Shown piece after piece: positions 55,915 to 64,000 of a stretch of DNA of 64,000 nt. This DNA is from an uncultured Cytophagales bacterium (lineage in GTDB: Bacteria > Bacteroidota > Bacteroidia > Cytophagales > Spirosomataceae). The stretch's first letter is position 1. Every line of letters starts with the position of its first letter. The position numbers were made by a program, and so were the translations under genes. Location of the stretch: assembly GCA_964244295.1 (NCBI GenBank), contig CAXTIG010000012.1:1-64000 (forward strand), written 5' to 3'. Below the pieces are notes generated by a model. The model did not search any database. It worked only from the letters and a program-made list of their open reading frames with translations, and was not told where the DNA came from.

Positions 55915-56772
55915 TTATGACTTCACGTAATCGGCCCGCTTGTGCTTCCAGCGCCTATGCGACCAAAGCCAAGTGGCGGGTTGCTCCCGGATGAATGCTT
56001 CCAATTTTTCCACGTACCGGTCGATCAGCGCATTCGTCGGCAGGTCGGTGTAGGGCGGTTCGCCCAGCCGGTGGGCCGACATTTCGTAGTACCCCCGCCG
56101 CAGCCGCTTCATGCTGATGAACACCACCGGGTAGCCAAACTTGCGGGCCAGTTTTTCGGTGCCGGTGAAAAAGTCCGTTTCCTGGTGCAGAAACTCCCGC
56201 CAGTAGGCCGTTTCGGGTTCTTCGGCGGCCTGGTCGGCCACTAGCCCCACGAGGCGCACTTCGCCGCGCCGTTTCACCATGTCGCGCAGCAGGCTTTGCA
56301 TGGGCAGGGGCACCGTGCCGAAACGACTGCGGATGTCGTGCATCAGCCGGTCGAAAAATAAATTGCTCAGGGGTTTGTACACCACGTCGAGGCCGGGCAG
56401 TTCGAGGCGCGTGCGCATGGCCGACCATTCCCAATTGCCCAGGTGCGAGGTCATGCCTAGAACCACCGTCCCGCGCTGGGCGTACGTTTTAAACGCGTCG
56501 GCGTCGCGGGTCACGACCCGGCGGCGGAGTTCGGCCTCGGAAATCGTCAGGCCCTTGAGGGTTTCAATGAACACGTCGCCGAGGTTTCGGTAAAAGTAAT
56601 TGGCCAGTCGGCGGCGTTCCGACTCGGTTTTTTCGGGAAAGGCATTTTGTAAATTTTCCAGAACTACCGACCAACGGTAGCGCAACCCGTACCGTAAAAC
56701 CAAGTAAAAAAAATCGGAGAGTACGTAAAGCAACGAAAGCGGAAGGCGGGAGAATGCTTTGAAAAATACCAT
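55915..56772 (-). CDS. lysophospholipid/lipid A acyltransferase family protein (LpxL/HtrB-like)
   Basis: 285 aa. N-terminal hydrophobic segment. GTVVLGMTSHLGNWEW contains the HX4D-type acyltransferase motif region. Confidence 0.65.
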   Translation of the reverse strand: MVFFKAFSRLPLSLLYVLSDFFYLVLRYGLRYRWSVVLENLQNAFPEKTESERRRLANYFYRNLGDVFIETLKGLTISEAELRRRVVTRDADAFKTYAQRGTVVLGMTSHLGNWEWSAMRTRLELPGLDVVYKPLSNLFFDRLMHDIRSRFGTVPLPMQSLLRDMVKRRGEVRLVGLVADQAAEEPETAYWREFLHQETDFFTGTEKLARKFGYPVVFISMKRLRRGYYEMSAHRLGEPPYTDLPTNALIDRYVEKLEAFIREQPATWLWSHRRWKHKRADYVKS

Positions 56773-56874
56773 TCGTTCGGCGATGCGGATAAGGAAATCG
56801 CGGTTTTTGGAGAATTCGACTACAAAAGTTTAAAATTTTTTGCAGACCTAACTTTTCTTTCCTTTCTTTCTAAC

Positions 56875-57528
56875 GTGTTTTTTGAAAACAACGCTCCGAC
56901 GGACGGGATTGTACTTGAGCTACATTACCTGCCGACGCTGGAGTATTTCACTGCCTTGCTTCATTACGGGGCCGTACACCTGGAGGGCGGCGAGACGTTT
57001 CAAAAACAAACGGGGCGAAACCGCTGCCAGATTCTGACGGCGCAGGGCGTGGACACGCTCATCGTGCCGGTGTTGGAGGGACGTTCGCACGTACCCATAC
57101 GCGAGGCCCGCATTGATTACGGGCAGCCCTGGGTGAATCGACACTGGCGAGCCATCCGGACGGCTTATGGGAAGGCGCCTTTTTTCGAGCACTACGGGGA
57201 AGGTTACGAGGCAGTGTATCAAAAAAAACCTGCCTTTTTGTTTGATTTGAATCTGGAATTGCTGACAATTTGTCTTCGCCAGTTGCGCTGGAACCTGCCA
57301 GTTACCGTGACCGAACACTCCGAGTTCATTGATGCTCAGGAGTTTCGAGACGCCAGGGGGCTTATCCACCCCAAGCGACCCGTGGCCGAACGCCCTTTTT
57401 ACCGCCCCGTTCCCTACCACCAGACCTTTGGGGAACAGTTTTTTCCCAACCTCAGTATCCTCGACCTGCTCTTCAACCTCGGCCCCCGCGCTACCGACCT
57501 ACTTCGCCAATCCGTTGCCGCCGAATGA
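56875..57528 (+). CDS. WbqC family protein
   Basis: 217 aa. LELHYLPTLEYF...FQKQTGRNRCQI...APFFEHY are typical WbqC-like signatures. Confidence 0.7.
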   Translation: MFFENNAPTDGIVLELHYLPTLEYFTALLHYGAVHLEGGETFQKQTGRNRCQILTAQGVDTLIVPVLEGRSHVPIREARIDYGQPWVNRHWRAIRTAYGKAPFFEHYGEGYEAVYQKKPAFLFDLNLELLTICLRQLRWNLPVTVTEHSEFIDAQEFRDARGLIHPKRPVAERPFYRPVPYHQTFGEQFFPNLSILDLLFNLGPRATDLLRQSVAAE

Positions 57529-57652
57529 ACAAAGCGTTTTGAGATGCTGTTAGGCCAAAACAATACCCCTGCGTTTACCCCCTCCCCCTAAAAGGGGGTA
57601 AATCGCAGGGGGTGAGACCACCGACACGATCTAAACGACCAACCTCCACAGA

Positions 57653-60178
57653 ATGGAAGCCAAATTTTCAAACAGGGTAAAGGAAGTCATTCAACTGAGC
57701 CGGGAGGAAGCCTTGCGGTTGGGTCATGACTACATCGGCACCGAGCATTTGCTCCTCGGCATGATTCGCGAGGGGGAGGGCGTGGCTGTGGCGTTGCTGA
57801 AGAAACTGGGCATCAACCTCGACGAACTCCGCGTGACCGTCGAACAAGCCACCAAAGGCACCGCGACCTATACCATCAAAAACATGCAGAACATTCCGCT
57901 GACGCGTCAGTCGGAAAAGGTGCTGAAAATGACCCACCTGGAGGCGAAAGTCTTCAAGACCCAACTCATCGGTACCGAGCACGTGTTGCTGGCTATTCTG
58001 CGCGACGAAGACAACATCGCCACGCAGATTCTCCAAAAATTTAACGTGACCTACGACGTCATCAAGGAAATGATTGAGTACCAGGCCAATCCCAACATCA
58101 ACGCCGGTCCGGACACCGACGACAACGACGACGACGCCCGGATGTTTGGCGGCGGCACCACCGGACGCGAATCGGGCAAGCAGGGCAGCGAAAAAAGCCG
58201 TACGCCCGTGCTCGACAACTTCGGGCGCGATTTGACCAAACTCGCCGAAGTCGGTAAGCTCGACCCCATCGTGGGCCGGGAAAAAGAAATCGAACGCGTG
58301 GCGCAGATTCTGAGCCGCCGCAAGAAAAACAACCCGATCCTGATCGGAGAGCCGGGCGTCGGGAAAACGGCCATCGCCGAAGGCCTCGCCCTGCGGATTA
58401 TCCAGAAAAAGGTGAGCCGGGTGCTGTTCGGCAAGCGCGTCGTCACGCTCGACCTCGCCTCGCTCGTGGCCGGCACCAAGTACCGGGGCCAGTTTGAAGA
58501 GCGCATGAAGGCGGTGATGAACGAGTTGGAAAAATCGCCGGAGGTGATTTTGTTCATCGACGAAATCCACACCATCGTCGGGGCCGGTGGGGCCTCCGGC
58601 TCGCTCGATGCCTCGAATATGTTCAAGCCCGCCCTGGCGCGCGGCGACATCCAGTGCATCGGGGCCACCACGCTCGACGAGTACCGGCAGTACATCGAAA
58701 AAGACGGTGCCTTGGCCCGGCGTTTTCAGATGGTGATGGTGGACGCGACCTCGGTGGATGAAACCATCGAAATCCTGACCAACATCAAGGACAAGTACGA
58801 AGACCACCACCACGTCAACTACACCGCCGAGGCCATCGAAGCCTCGGTAAAACTCTCGGAACGCTACATTTCCGACCGTTTCCTGCCCGACAAAGCCATC
58901 GACGTGATGGACGAAGTGGGTGCCCGGGTTCACATCTCCAACATCTCAGTGCCCGAAGACATCCTCCGGCTCGAAGAGCAGGTGGAGAACATCAAGAAAG
59001 AGAAAAATCAGGTCGTAAAAAGCCAGAAGTACGAAGAAGCCGCCCAACTCCGCGACAAGGAAAAACGCCTGCTCGATCAACTCGACCGCGCCAAAGTGGC
59101 CTGGGAAGAAGAAACCAAGCAGAAGCGCTACACCGTCACCGAGGAAAACGTGGCTGAGGTGGTCGCCATGATGACGGGCATTCCGGTAAACCGGGTGGCC
59201 GCCAACGAAGGGGCCAAACTGCTCAACATGGGTGAGGAACTCAAAGGCCGCGTGATCGGTCAGGAAAAAGCCATCGAGAAACTGGTGAAGGCCATCCAGC
59301 GCACCCGCGTCGGGCTGAAAGACCCCAAGAAACCCATCGGCTCGTTCATTTTCCTCGGCCCGACCGGGGTAGGAAAAACCGAACTGGCGAAGGTGCTCGC
59401 TACCTACTTGTTCGACAAAGACGACGCCCTGGTGCGGATCGATATGTCGGAATACATGGAGAAATTCAGCGTGAGCCGCCTCGTCGGCGCGCCTCCCGGC
59501 TACGTCGGTTACGAAGAAGGCGGGCAGTTGACCGAGAAAATTCGCCGCAAACCGTATTCGGTGGTGTTGCTCGATGAAATCGAAAAAGCCCACCCCGACG
59601 TGTTCAACATCCTGCTCCAGGTGTTGGACGACGGCATTCTGACCGACGGCCTGGGCCGCCGGGTGGATTTCCGGAACACCATCGTGATCATGACCTCCAA
59701 CATCGGGGTGCGCGACCTGAAGGACTTTGGCGGCGGCATTGGCTTCGCCACCAAAGCGCGGAGCGAAAACCAGGACGACGTGATGCGCAACACGATTCAG
59801 AGCGCGTTGCGGAAGGCCTTTTCGCCCGAATTCCTCAACCGCCTCGACGACGTGATCATCTTCAACTCGCTCGAACGCGAACACCTGCACTCGATCATCG
59901 ATTTGATGCTCCGCAAGCTCTTCAACCGCATCACGAGCCTGGGTTACACGGTTGAACTGACCGAAAAGGCGAAGGATTTCCTCGCTGCCAAAGGCTACGA
60001 CCCGCAGTACGGTGCCCGCCCGCTCAACCGGGCCATTCAGAAATACCTCGAAGACCCCGTCGCCGAGGAAATCCTGAAGGGCGAGCTGGTCGATGGCGAC
60101 GTCATCCTGGCCGACCACGACGGCGAAGCGGAAGTGCTGACGATTTCGGTGAAAAAGAAAATTGAGGAGGTGGCGTAG
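57653..60178 (+). CDS. clpC: ATP-dependent Clp protease ATP-binding subunit ClpC (Clp_N x2, AAA+ x2, UVR motif)
   Basis: 841 aa. Walker A GEPGVGKTA and GPTGVGKT, Walker B ILFIDEIH and VVLLDEIEKAH, UVR-like coiled coil between the AAA modules. Confidence 0.9.
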   Translation: MEAKFSNRVKEVIQLSREEALRLGHDYIGTEHLLLGMIREGEGVAVALLKKLGINLDELRVTVEQATKGTATYTIKNMQNIPLTRQSEKVLKMTHLEAKVFKTQLIGTEHVLLAILRDEDNIATQILQKFNVTYDVIKEMIEYQANPNINAGPDTDDNDDDARMFGGGTTGRESGKQGSEKSRTPVLDNFGRDLTKLAEVGKLDPIVGREKEIERVAQILSRRKKNNPILIGEPGVGKTAIAEGLALRIIQKKVSRVLFGKRVVTLDLASLVAGTKYRGQFEERMKAVMNELEKSPEVILFIDEIHTIVGAGGASGSLDASNMFKPALARGDIQCIGATTLDEYRQYIEKDGALARRFQMVMVDATSVDETIEILTNIKDKYEDHHHVNYTAEAIEASVKLSERYISDRFLPDKAIDVMDEVGARVHISNISVPEDILRLEEQVENIKKEKNQVVKSQKYEEAAQLRDKEKRLLDQLDRAKVAWEEETKQKRYTVTEENVAEVVAMMTGIPVNRVAANEGAKLLNMGEELKGRVIGQEKAIEKLVKAIQRTRVGLKDPKKPIGSFIFLGPTGVGKTELAKVLATYLFDKDDALVRIDMSEYMEKFSVSRLVGAPPGYVGYEEGGQLTEKIRRKPYSVVLLDEIEKAHPDVFNILLQVLDDGILTDGLGRRVDFRNTIVIMTSNIGVRDLKDFGGGIGFATKARSENQDDVMRNTIQSALRKAFSPEFLNRLDDVIIFNSLEREHLHSIIDLMLRKLFNRITSLGYTVELTEKAKDFLAAKGYDPQYGARPLNRAIQKYLEDPVAEEILKGELVDGDVILADHDGEAEVLTISVKKKIEEVA

Positions 60179-60313
60179 GGTGGATGGTCACTTTCAACAA
60201 AAAACGGGACGCTGGAAAGCGTCCCGTTTTTTTTAGCCCCGCTCGGTCCAGCACAAAGGTTTGGCCGGATGCGCCCTTTCGCGTAGCTTCGATGGCCCAA
60301 TCTCACCCGAATC

Positions 60314-61258
60314 ATGCGCTACCTCGACCCCAAAAACGACCTGACGTTCAAGAAAATATTCGGCGAGCATCCCCACCTCCTCCGCAGTTTTCTCAACGCC
60401 GTCTTGCCCCTGCCGCCCGACGGCCTCATCGAGTCGCTCACGTACCTGCCCGCCGAACTGGTGCCGGAGGTTCCCCTGTTCAAGTTTTCCATCGTCGACG
60501 TGCGCTGCGTGGACACCCAGGGGCGACAGTTCATCGTCGAAATGCAACTGCTCTGGACGGACAGCTTCAAGAGCCGGGTGCTCTTCAACGCCTCCAAAGC
60601 CTACGTGAAGCAACTCTACCGGGGGGAATTTTACGAGGGTCTGCAACCGGTGTACGCGTTGAGTCTGGTCAATGAAATCTTCGAGCCGAAACTCGACGAG
60701 TACTACCACCACTACAAAATCGTCCACCTCCAACACCCCGACCGGGAGTTGGAGGGCCTAGAGTTCGTGTTCATCGAACTGCCGAAAATCAAGTTCAAGA
60801 GCTTCGGCGAGCGCCGCCTCCAGGTGCTCTGGCTACGGTTTCTGGCCGAAATCAAAGACGGCAGCGAAACCGTGAACGCGGAATTTTTCGACGTTCAGGA
60901 AATTCGGGAGGCGCTGCGCTTGCTCGAAGAGTCGGCCTTCAGCCGGGCACAACTCGAATACTACGACCGCTACTGGGACTCGGTCAGCACCGAAAAAACG
61001 TTTTACGCGGGAGCCGAACGCTCGGGCCTGCGCCGGGGCCTGGCCGAAGGCAAAGCCATCGGGATTGAGGAAGGTCGAGCGGAAGGCAAAGCGGAAGGCA
61101 AAGCAGAAGGCAAAGCAGAAGGCAAAGCGGAAGGCAAAGCGGAAGGCGAGCGCGCCAAATCCCTTGAAATGGCGCGCTCCATGAAAACCGACGGCCTGCC
61201 CTCGGCGACCATCGCCCGGTACACCGGCCTTGCGCAAGCTGAAATCGAAGCGCTCTGA
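60314..61258 (+). CDS. Rpn-family recombination-promoting nuclease / putative transposase (PD-(D/E)XK, YhgA-like) with AEGKA tandem repeat
   Basis: MRYLDPKNDLTFKKIFGEHP...FIVEMQLLWTD is the classic Rpn/T_den_put_tspse N-terminus. The C-terminal region carries the repeat. Confidence 0.8.
   Translation: MRYLDPKNDLTFKKIFGEHPHLLRSFLNAVLPLPPDGLIESLTYLPAELVPEVPLFKFSIVDVRCVDTQGRQFIVEMQLLWTDSFKSRVLFNASKAYVKQLYRGEFYEGLQPVYALSLVNEIFEPKLDEYYHHYKIVHLQHPDRELEGLEFVFIELPKIKFKSFGERRLQVLWLRFLAEIKDGSETVNAEFFDVQEIREALRLLEESAFSRAQLEYYDRYWDSVSTEKTFYAGAERSGLRRGLAEGKAIGIEEGRAEGKAEGKAEGKAEGKAEGKAEGERAKSLEMARSMKTDGLPSATIARYTGLAQAEIEAL
61083..61147 (+). repeat. 12-bp tandem repeat (gaaggcaaagc[ag]) x5 encoding (AEGK)n inside the Rpn gene
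   Basis: gcggaaggcaaagcggaaggcaaagcagaaggcaaagcagaaggcaaagcggaaggcaaagcggaaggcgag. Confidence 0.85.
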
Positions 61259-61270
61259 GAAGGTATTTTT

Positions 61271-63922
61271 TCAGGAAAACAACCCCAGCACGTCCTCCCG
61301 CGTCAGCGTTTTCAGCAGCCCGGCTTCGGTGCTGATGAGGTCGGCGGCAACGGCTTTTTTGCGTTCCTGGAGTTCCAGAATTTTCTCTTCCACCGTGTCT
61401 TTGCAAATCATCCGGTAGGCGAACACCTTGCGGGTTTGTCCGATGCGGTGGGTGCGGTCGATGGCCTGGCGCTCCACGGCGGGGTTCCACCAGGGGTCCA
61501 CGAGGTACACGTAGTCGGCCTCGGTGAGGTTGAGGCCCACGCCGCCCGCCTTGAGGCTCACCAGGAATACCCGGCACTGCTGGTCGGTCTGGAAGCGGTT
61601 GACCTTGCTGGCGCGGTCGGTGGTCTGGCCGTCGAGGTATTCGTAGGGAATGTGGTGCTGCTCCAGGTGCGTGCGCACGAGATCGAGCATTTTCAGGAAC
61701 TGGCTGAAAATCAAAATTTTGTGGTTCGAAGCATTCTCTTCGATTTCCCGAACCAACTCGTCGAGCTTGGCCGAATCGTTGCCGTAATCGCCCTCGCCGC
61801 TGAGGAGGACGGGCGAGTCGCAGACCTGCCGGAGTTTCAACAGCCCTTCCAGAATCAGAAACGCCGCTTTTTCCCGACCCACCAGCGCCATCTCGTCGGC
61901 GATGCGCTGGCGGTAGTGTTCGCGCAGGGTTTCGTAGACTTTGCGCTGCTTTTTGCCCATTTCGCAGTACAAAATCGTCTCGGTTTTGTCGGGCAAATCC
62001 TTCGCCACTTCCTCTTTTGTGCGCTTGAGCAGGAAGGGGTAAATCATCCGGCGGAGTTCGGCGGCTTTGGTCGCGTCCTGGTGTTTGTCGATGGGCGTGG
62101 CGTATTCGGTGCGGAAAAACTCCCGCGAGCCGAGCAGACCAGGGTTCAGAAATTCCATCTGGCTGTACAAATCGAAGGTGTTGTTTTCCACCGGCGTGCC
62201 CGTCATCACGAGCCGGTTGCGGGCCTGCAACACCCGCGCCGTTTTGGCCGCGAGCGAGTCGGGATTTTTGATGGCCTGCGATTCGTCGAGCACGATGTAT
62301 TCAAAAACAATCGGTCGGAACAACTCTACGTCCGAACGCATCGTGCCGTAGGTGGTCAGCACGAGGTCGTAGCCGGCGAAATCGGCGGCGGTTTTGGTTC
62401 GGTCGGGGCCGTGGTGGGGGCGCAGGCGCAGGTCGGGGCAGAATTTCTGCACCTCGGCCTGCCAGTTGAAGAGCAGCGAAGTCGGCACCACCACGAGCGA
62501 AAGGGCACCGGCGCGGCGGGCTTTGATTTCCCGCAAAAACGTGATGACCTGGAGGGTTTTGCCCAGCCCCATGTCGTCGGCGAGGCAGCCGCCCCAGCCA
62601 AATTCGTCCAGAAAATGCAGCCACTTGTAGCCCTCCACCTGGTAGGGGCGCAGGGTGGCCGTGATGGTTTCGGGCAAAGCCACGGTGTTGATTTCCCGAA
62701 AATCGAGCAGCTTTTGTTTTTTCTCGGCCAGTTCGGCCTGGATTTGCTCGTCGTCTAGCTGGCCCAACGCGTCGAGCAGGCTGAAGTGGCGTTTGGAGAG
62801 ACGCAGTTCGTCGCCCTTGCTTTCGGCCATTTTGAGCAGTTGGCCGTAGCGTTCGAGCCAGTCCTGGGGCAGCAGGCCAAGCGAGCCGTCGGCGAGTTTG
62901 ACGTACTCCTGGCGGTTGAGCAGCGCCTTGCGCACGTCGGTGAGCGAGGCAAACTGGTCGCCGAATTGAATTTCGAGCCGCAAATCGAACCAGTCGATGC
63001 CCGAACTCACCCGCGATTGCACCACGGCCCGGTTGGGGTTGATGCGAAATTTTTTCAGGTCTTTAAACCCGAACACGGGAATGCCCCGATTTTTGGTTTC
63101 TTCAAAAAATCGCAGAAACCAGCCTTCTTCGGCCAGCTTTTGAAAGGGCAGGTAAAAAAACGGGCGGTGCTGCTGGGCTGGGAAATCCGGGTGCAGTTCC
63201 CGCAAAAAATGGAGGATGTCGGCTTCGGCGGCGGGATCGCGCTGGTCCTGGCGCAGGGTTCCGTCGGCAAAAACCACCCGGCTGCTGCGCCCGTCGTTGG
63301 GCAGTTCGAGGGTCTCGGCTTCGTCGCCCTCGCCGGGCAGTTCGTAGGCAAAGGTGGGCACGAACAGCACGTGTTCCTCGTCTTCCTTCAAATACACCCG
63401 CCCTTCCACGAAACCGAGTTGGCGGCTCTGCGCTTGGGGCAAAGTGCCTAAATCGACCTCGAACTGCTGGGCGAGCGGACGGATGAATTGTTCGAAAAAC
63501 GGCGCAAAAAACGTTTTCCGCACCCGCACCGCCCCCGCCGCCGCGAAGGGTTGCAGCACGTCGAGGTCGGCGGGTGAGGCGAGTTTGTAGAGCGTGTTGC
63601 CGCGTTCGAGCAGCCAGGAAGTTCCCGGTCGGCGCATGGATTTGAGCGAAACGGCCTCCCCACCAATCCGAACGTAGGCCTCCACGGCCAGAAACTCTTC
63701 GCTTTCAACCACCTTGAAAAACGGCTTCAGCCGCAGCGGAGAAAGAATAACGGCGGTCATGGTGGTGAGGGAATGCCCGTAAGTTTCGGGATTGAAAAAC
63801 ACGCGTTTGCCTTCGAGCAGGTCGAAAAAATGGTCGAGGTACTGGCCCGTCCATTCCTGGGCGAAAGCGAGGGCGTCGGGGCTGAGTTGGTCGGGCATCA
63901 CGTAGTACACGTACCCGGCCAC
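61271..63922 (-). CDS. SNF2-family DEAD/DEAH-box helicase (RapA/YwqA-like, N-terminal extension + SNF2_N + helicase_C)
   Basis: 883 aa. LRPYQVEGYKWL, LADDMGLGKTLQ, DESQAIKN, and C-terminal helicase motifs (VFLVSLKAGGVGLNLT, QAIDRTHRIGQ). Confidence 0.85.
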   Translation of the reverse strand: MAGYVYYVMPDQLSPDALAFAQEWTGQYLDHFFDLLEGKRVFFNPETYGHSLTTMTAVILSPLRLKPFFKVVESEEFLAVEAYVRIGGEAVSLKSMRRPGTSWLLERGNTLYKLASPADLDVLQPFAAAGAVRVRKTFFAPFFEQFIRPLAQQFEVDLGTLPQAQSRQLGFVEGRVYLKEDEEHVLFVPTFAYELPGEGDEAETLELPNDGRSSRVVFADGTLRQDQRDPAAEADILHFLRELHPDFPAQQHRPFFYLPFQKLAEEGWFLRFFEETKNRGIPVFGFKDLKKFRINPNRAVVQSRVSSGIDWFDLRLEIQFGDQFASLTDVRKALLNRQEYVKLADGSLGLLPQDWLERYGQLLKMAESKGDELRLSKRHFSLLDALGQLDDEQIQAELAEKKQKLLDFREINTVALPETITATLRPYQVEGYKWLHFLDEFGWGGCLADDMGLGKTLQVITFLREIKARRAGALSLVVVPTSLLFNWQAEVQKFCPDLRLRPHHGPDRTKTAADFAGYDLVLTTYGTMRSDVELFRPIVFEYIVLDESQAIKNPDSLAAKTARVLQARNRLVMTGTPVENNTFDLYSQMEFLNPGLLGSREFFRTEYATPIDKHQDATKAAELRRMIYPFLLKRTKEEVAKDLPDKTETILYCEMGKKQRKVYETLREHYRQRIADEMALVGREKAAFLILEGLLKLRQVCDSPVLLSGEGDYGNDSAKLDELVREIEENASNHKILIFSQFLKMLDLVRTHLEQHHIPYEYLDGQTTDRASKVNRFQTDQQCRVFLVSLKAGGVGLNLTEADYVYLVDPWWNPAVERQAIDRTHRIGQTRKVFAYRMICKDTVEEKILELQERKKAVAADLISTEAGLLKTLTREDVLGLFS

Positions 63923-64000
63923 GAGGCTGGCTTTGCGCAGGGCACCGGCGAGGGTTTCGTAGCTGAAACTGCGGCTGAGGTGAATGGCGTCGCGGTCGCT

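Noticed and set aside
1-64000. tRNA/rRNA genes
   Set aside because: Scanned intergenic regions by eye for tRNA T-arm (GGTTCGAAT-like) and rRNA signatures. None were recognisable, and all gaps over 150 bp are accounted for by palindromic repeats or promoters.

Overview
This 64-kb window looks like a high-GC chromosomal segment from a Bacteroidota genome, probably Cytophagales (Spirosoma/Fibrella-like). The call rests on gene content: a GldF-like permease, DUF4249 plus a TonB-dependent receptor, Wzi, many LytTR two-component systems, and protein families typical of the group. It is densely coding and mostly housekeeping: Pfs, GcvH, AroA, ClpC, MltG, TsaC/YrdC, M42 peptidase, a PyrC-like protein, LpxL-like and WbqC. 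The strongest candidate for an undescribed system is a co-oriented cluster of six lipoprotein genes (30.1-37.2 kb). It contains three paralogues of an unfamiliar family plus a small YD-repeat protein, and sits directly upstream of a LytTR two-component system. Other accessory features: an apparently intact IS5-family insertion sequence (7743-8639) next to a visibly AT-richer DUF4160/DUF2442 pair; three LytTR-type two-component systems within about 17 kb; a large PVC-type CxxCH haem-binding lipoprotein; a decaying LacI/SSF-transporter/heparinase locus; and an Rpn-family nuclease next to an SNF2 helicase. At least three families of long intergenic palindromic (REP/MITE-like) repeats occur, several of which embed stop or start codons of flanking genes. 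There is also a 224-bp near-perfect palindrome with nested hairpins (17731-17954) and a 49-bp tandem duplication with an inverted third copy (34054-34203). I found no rRNA, tRNA or CRISPR array. Coordinates of trimmed starts are computed from the ORF-track arithmetic. All family assignments are from recall of family signatures, not database searches.
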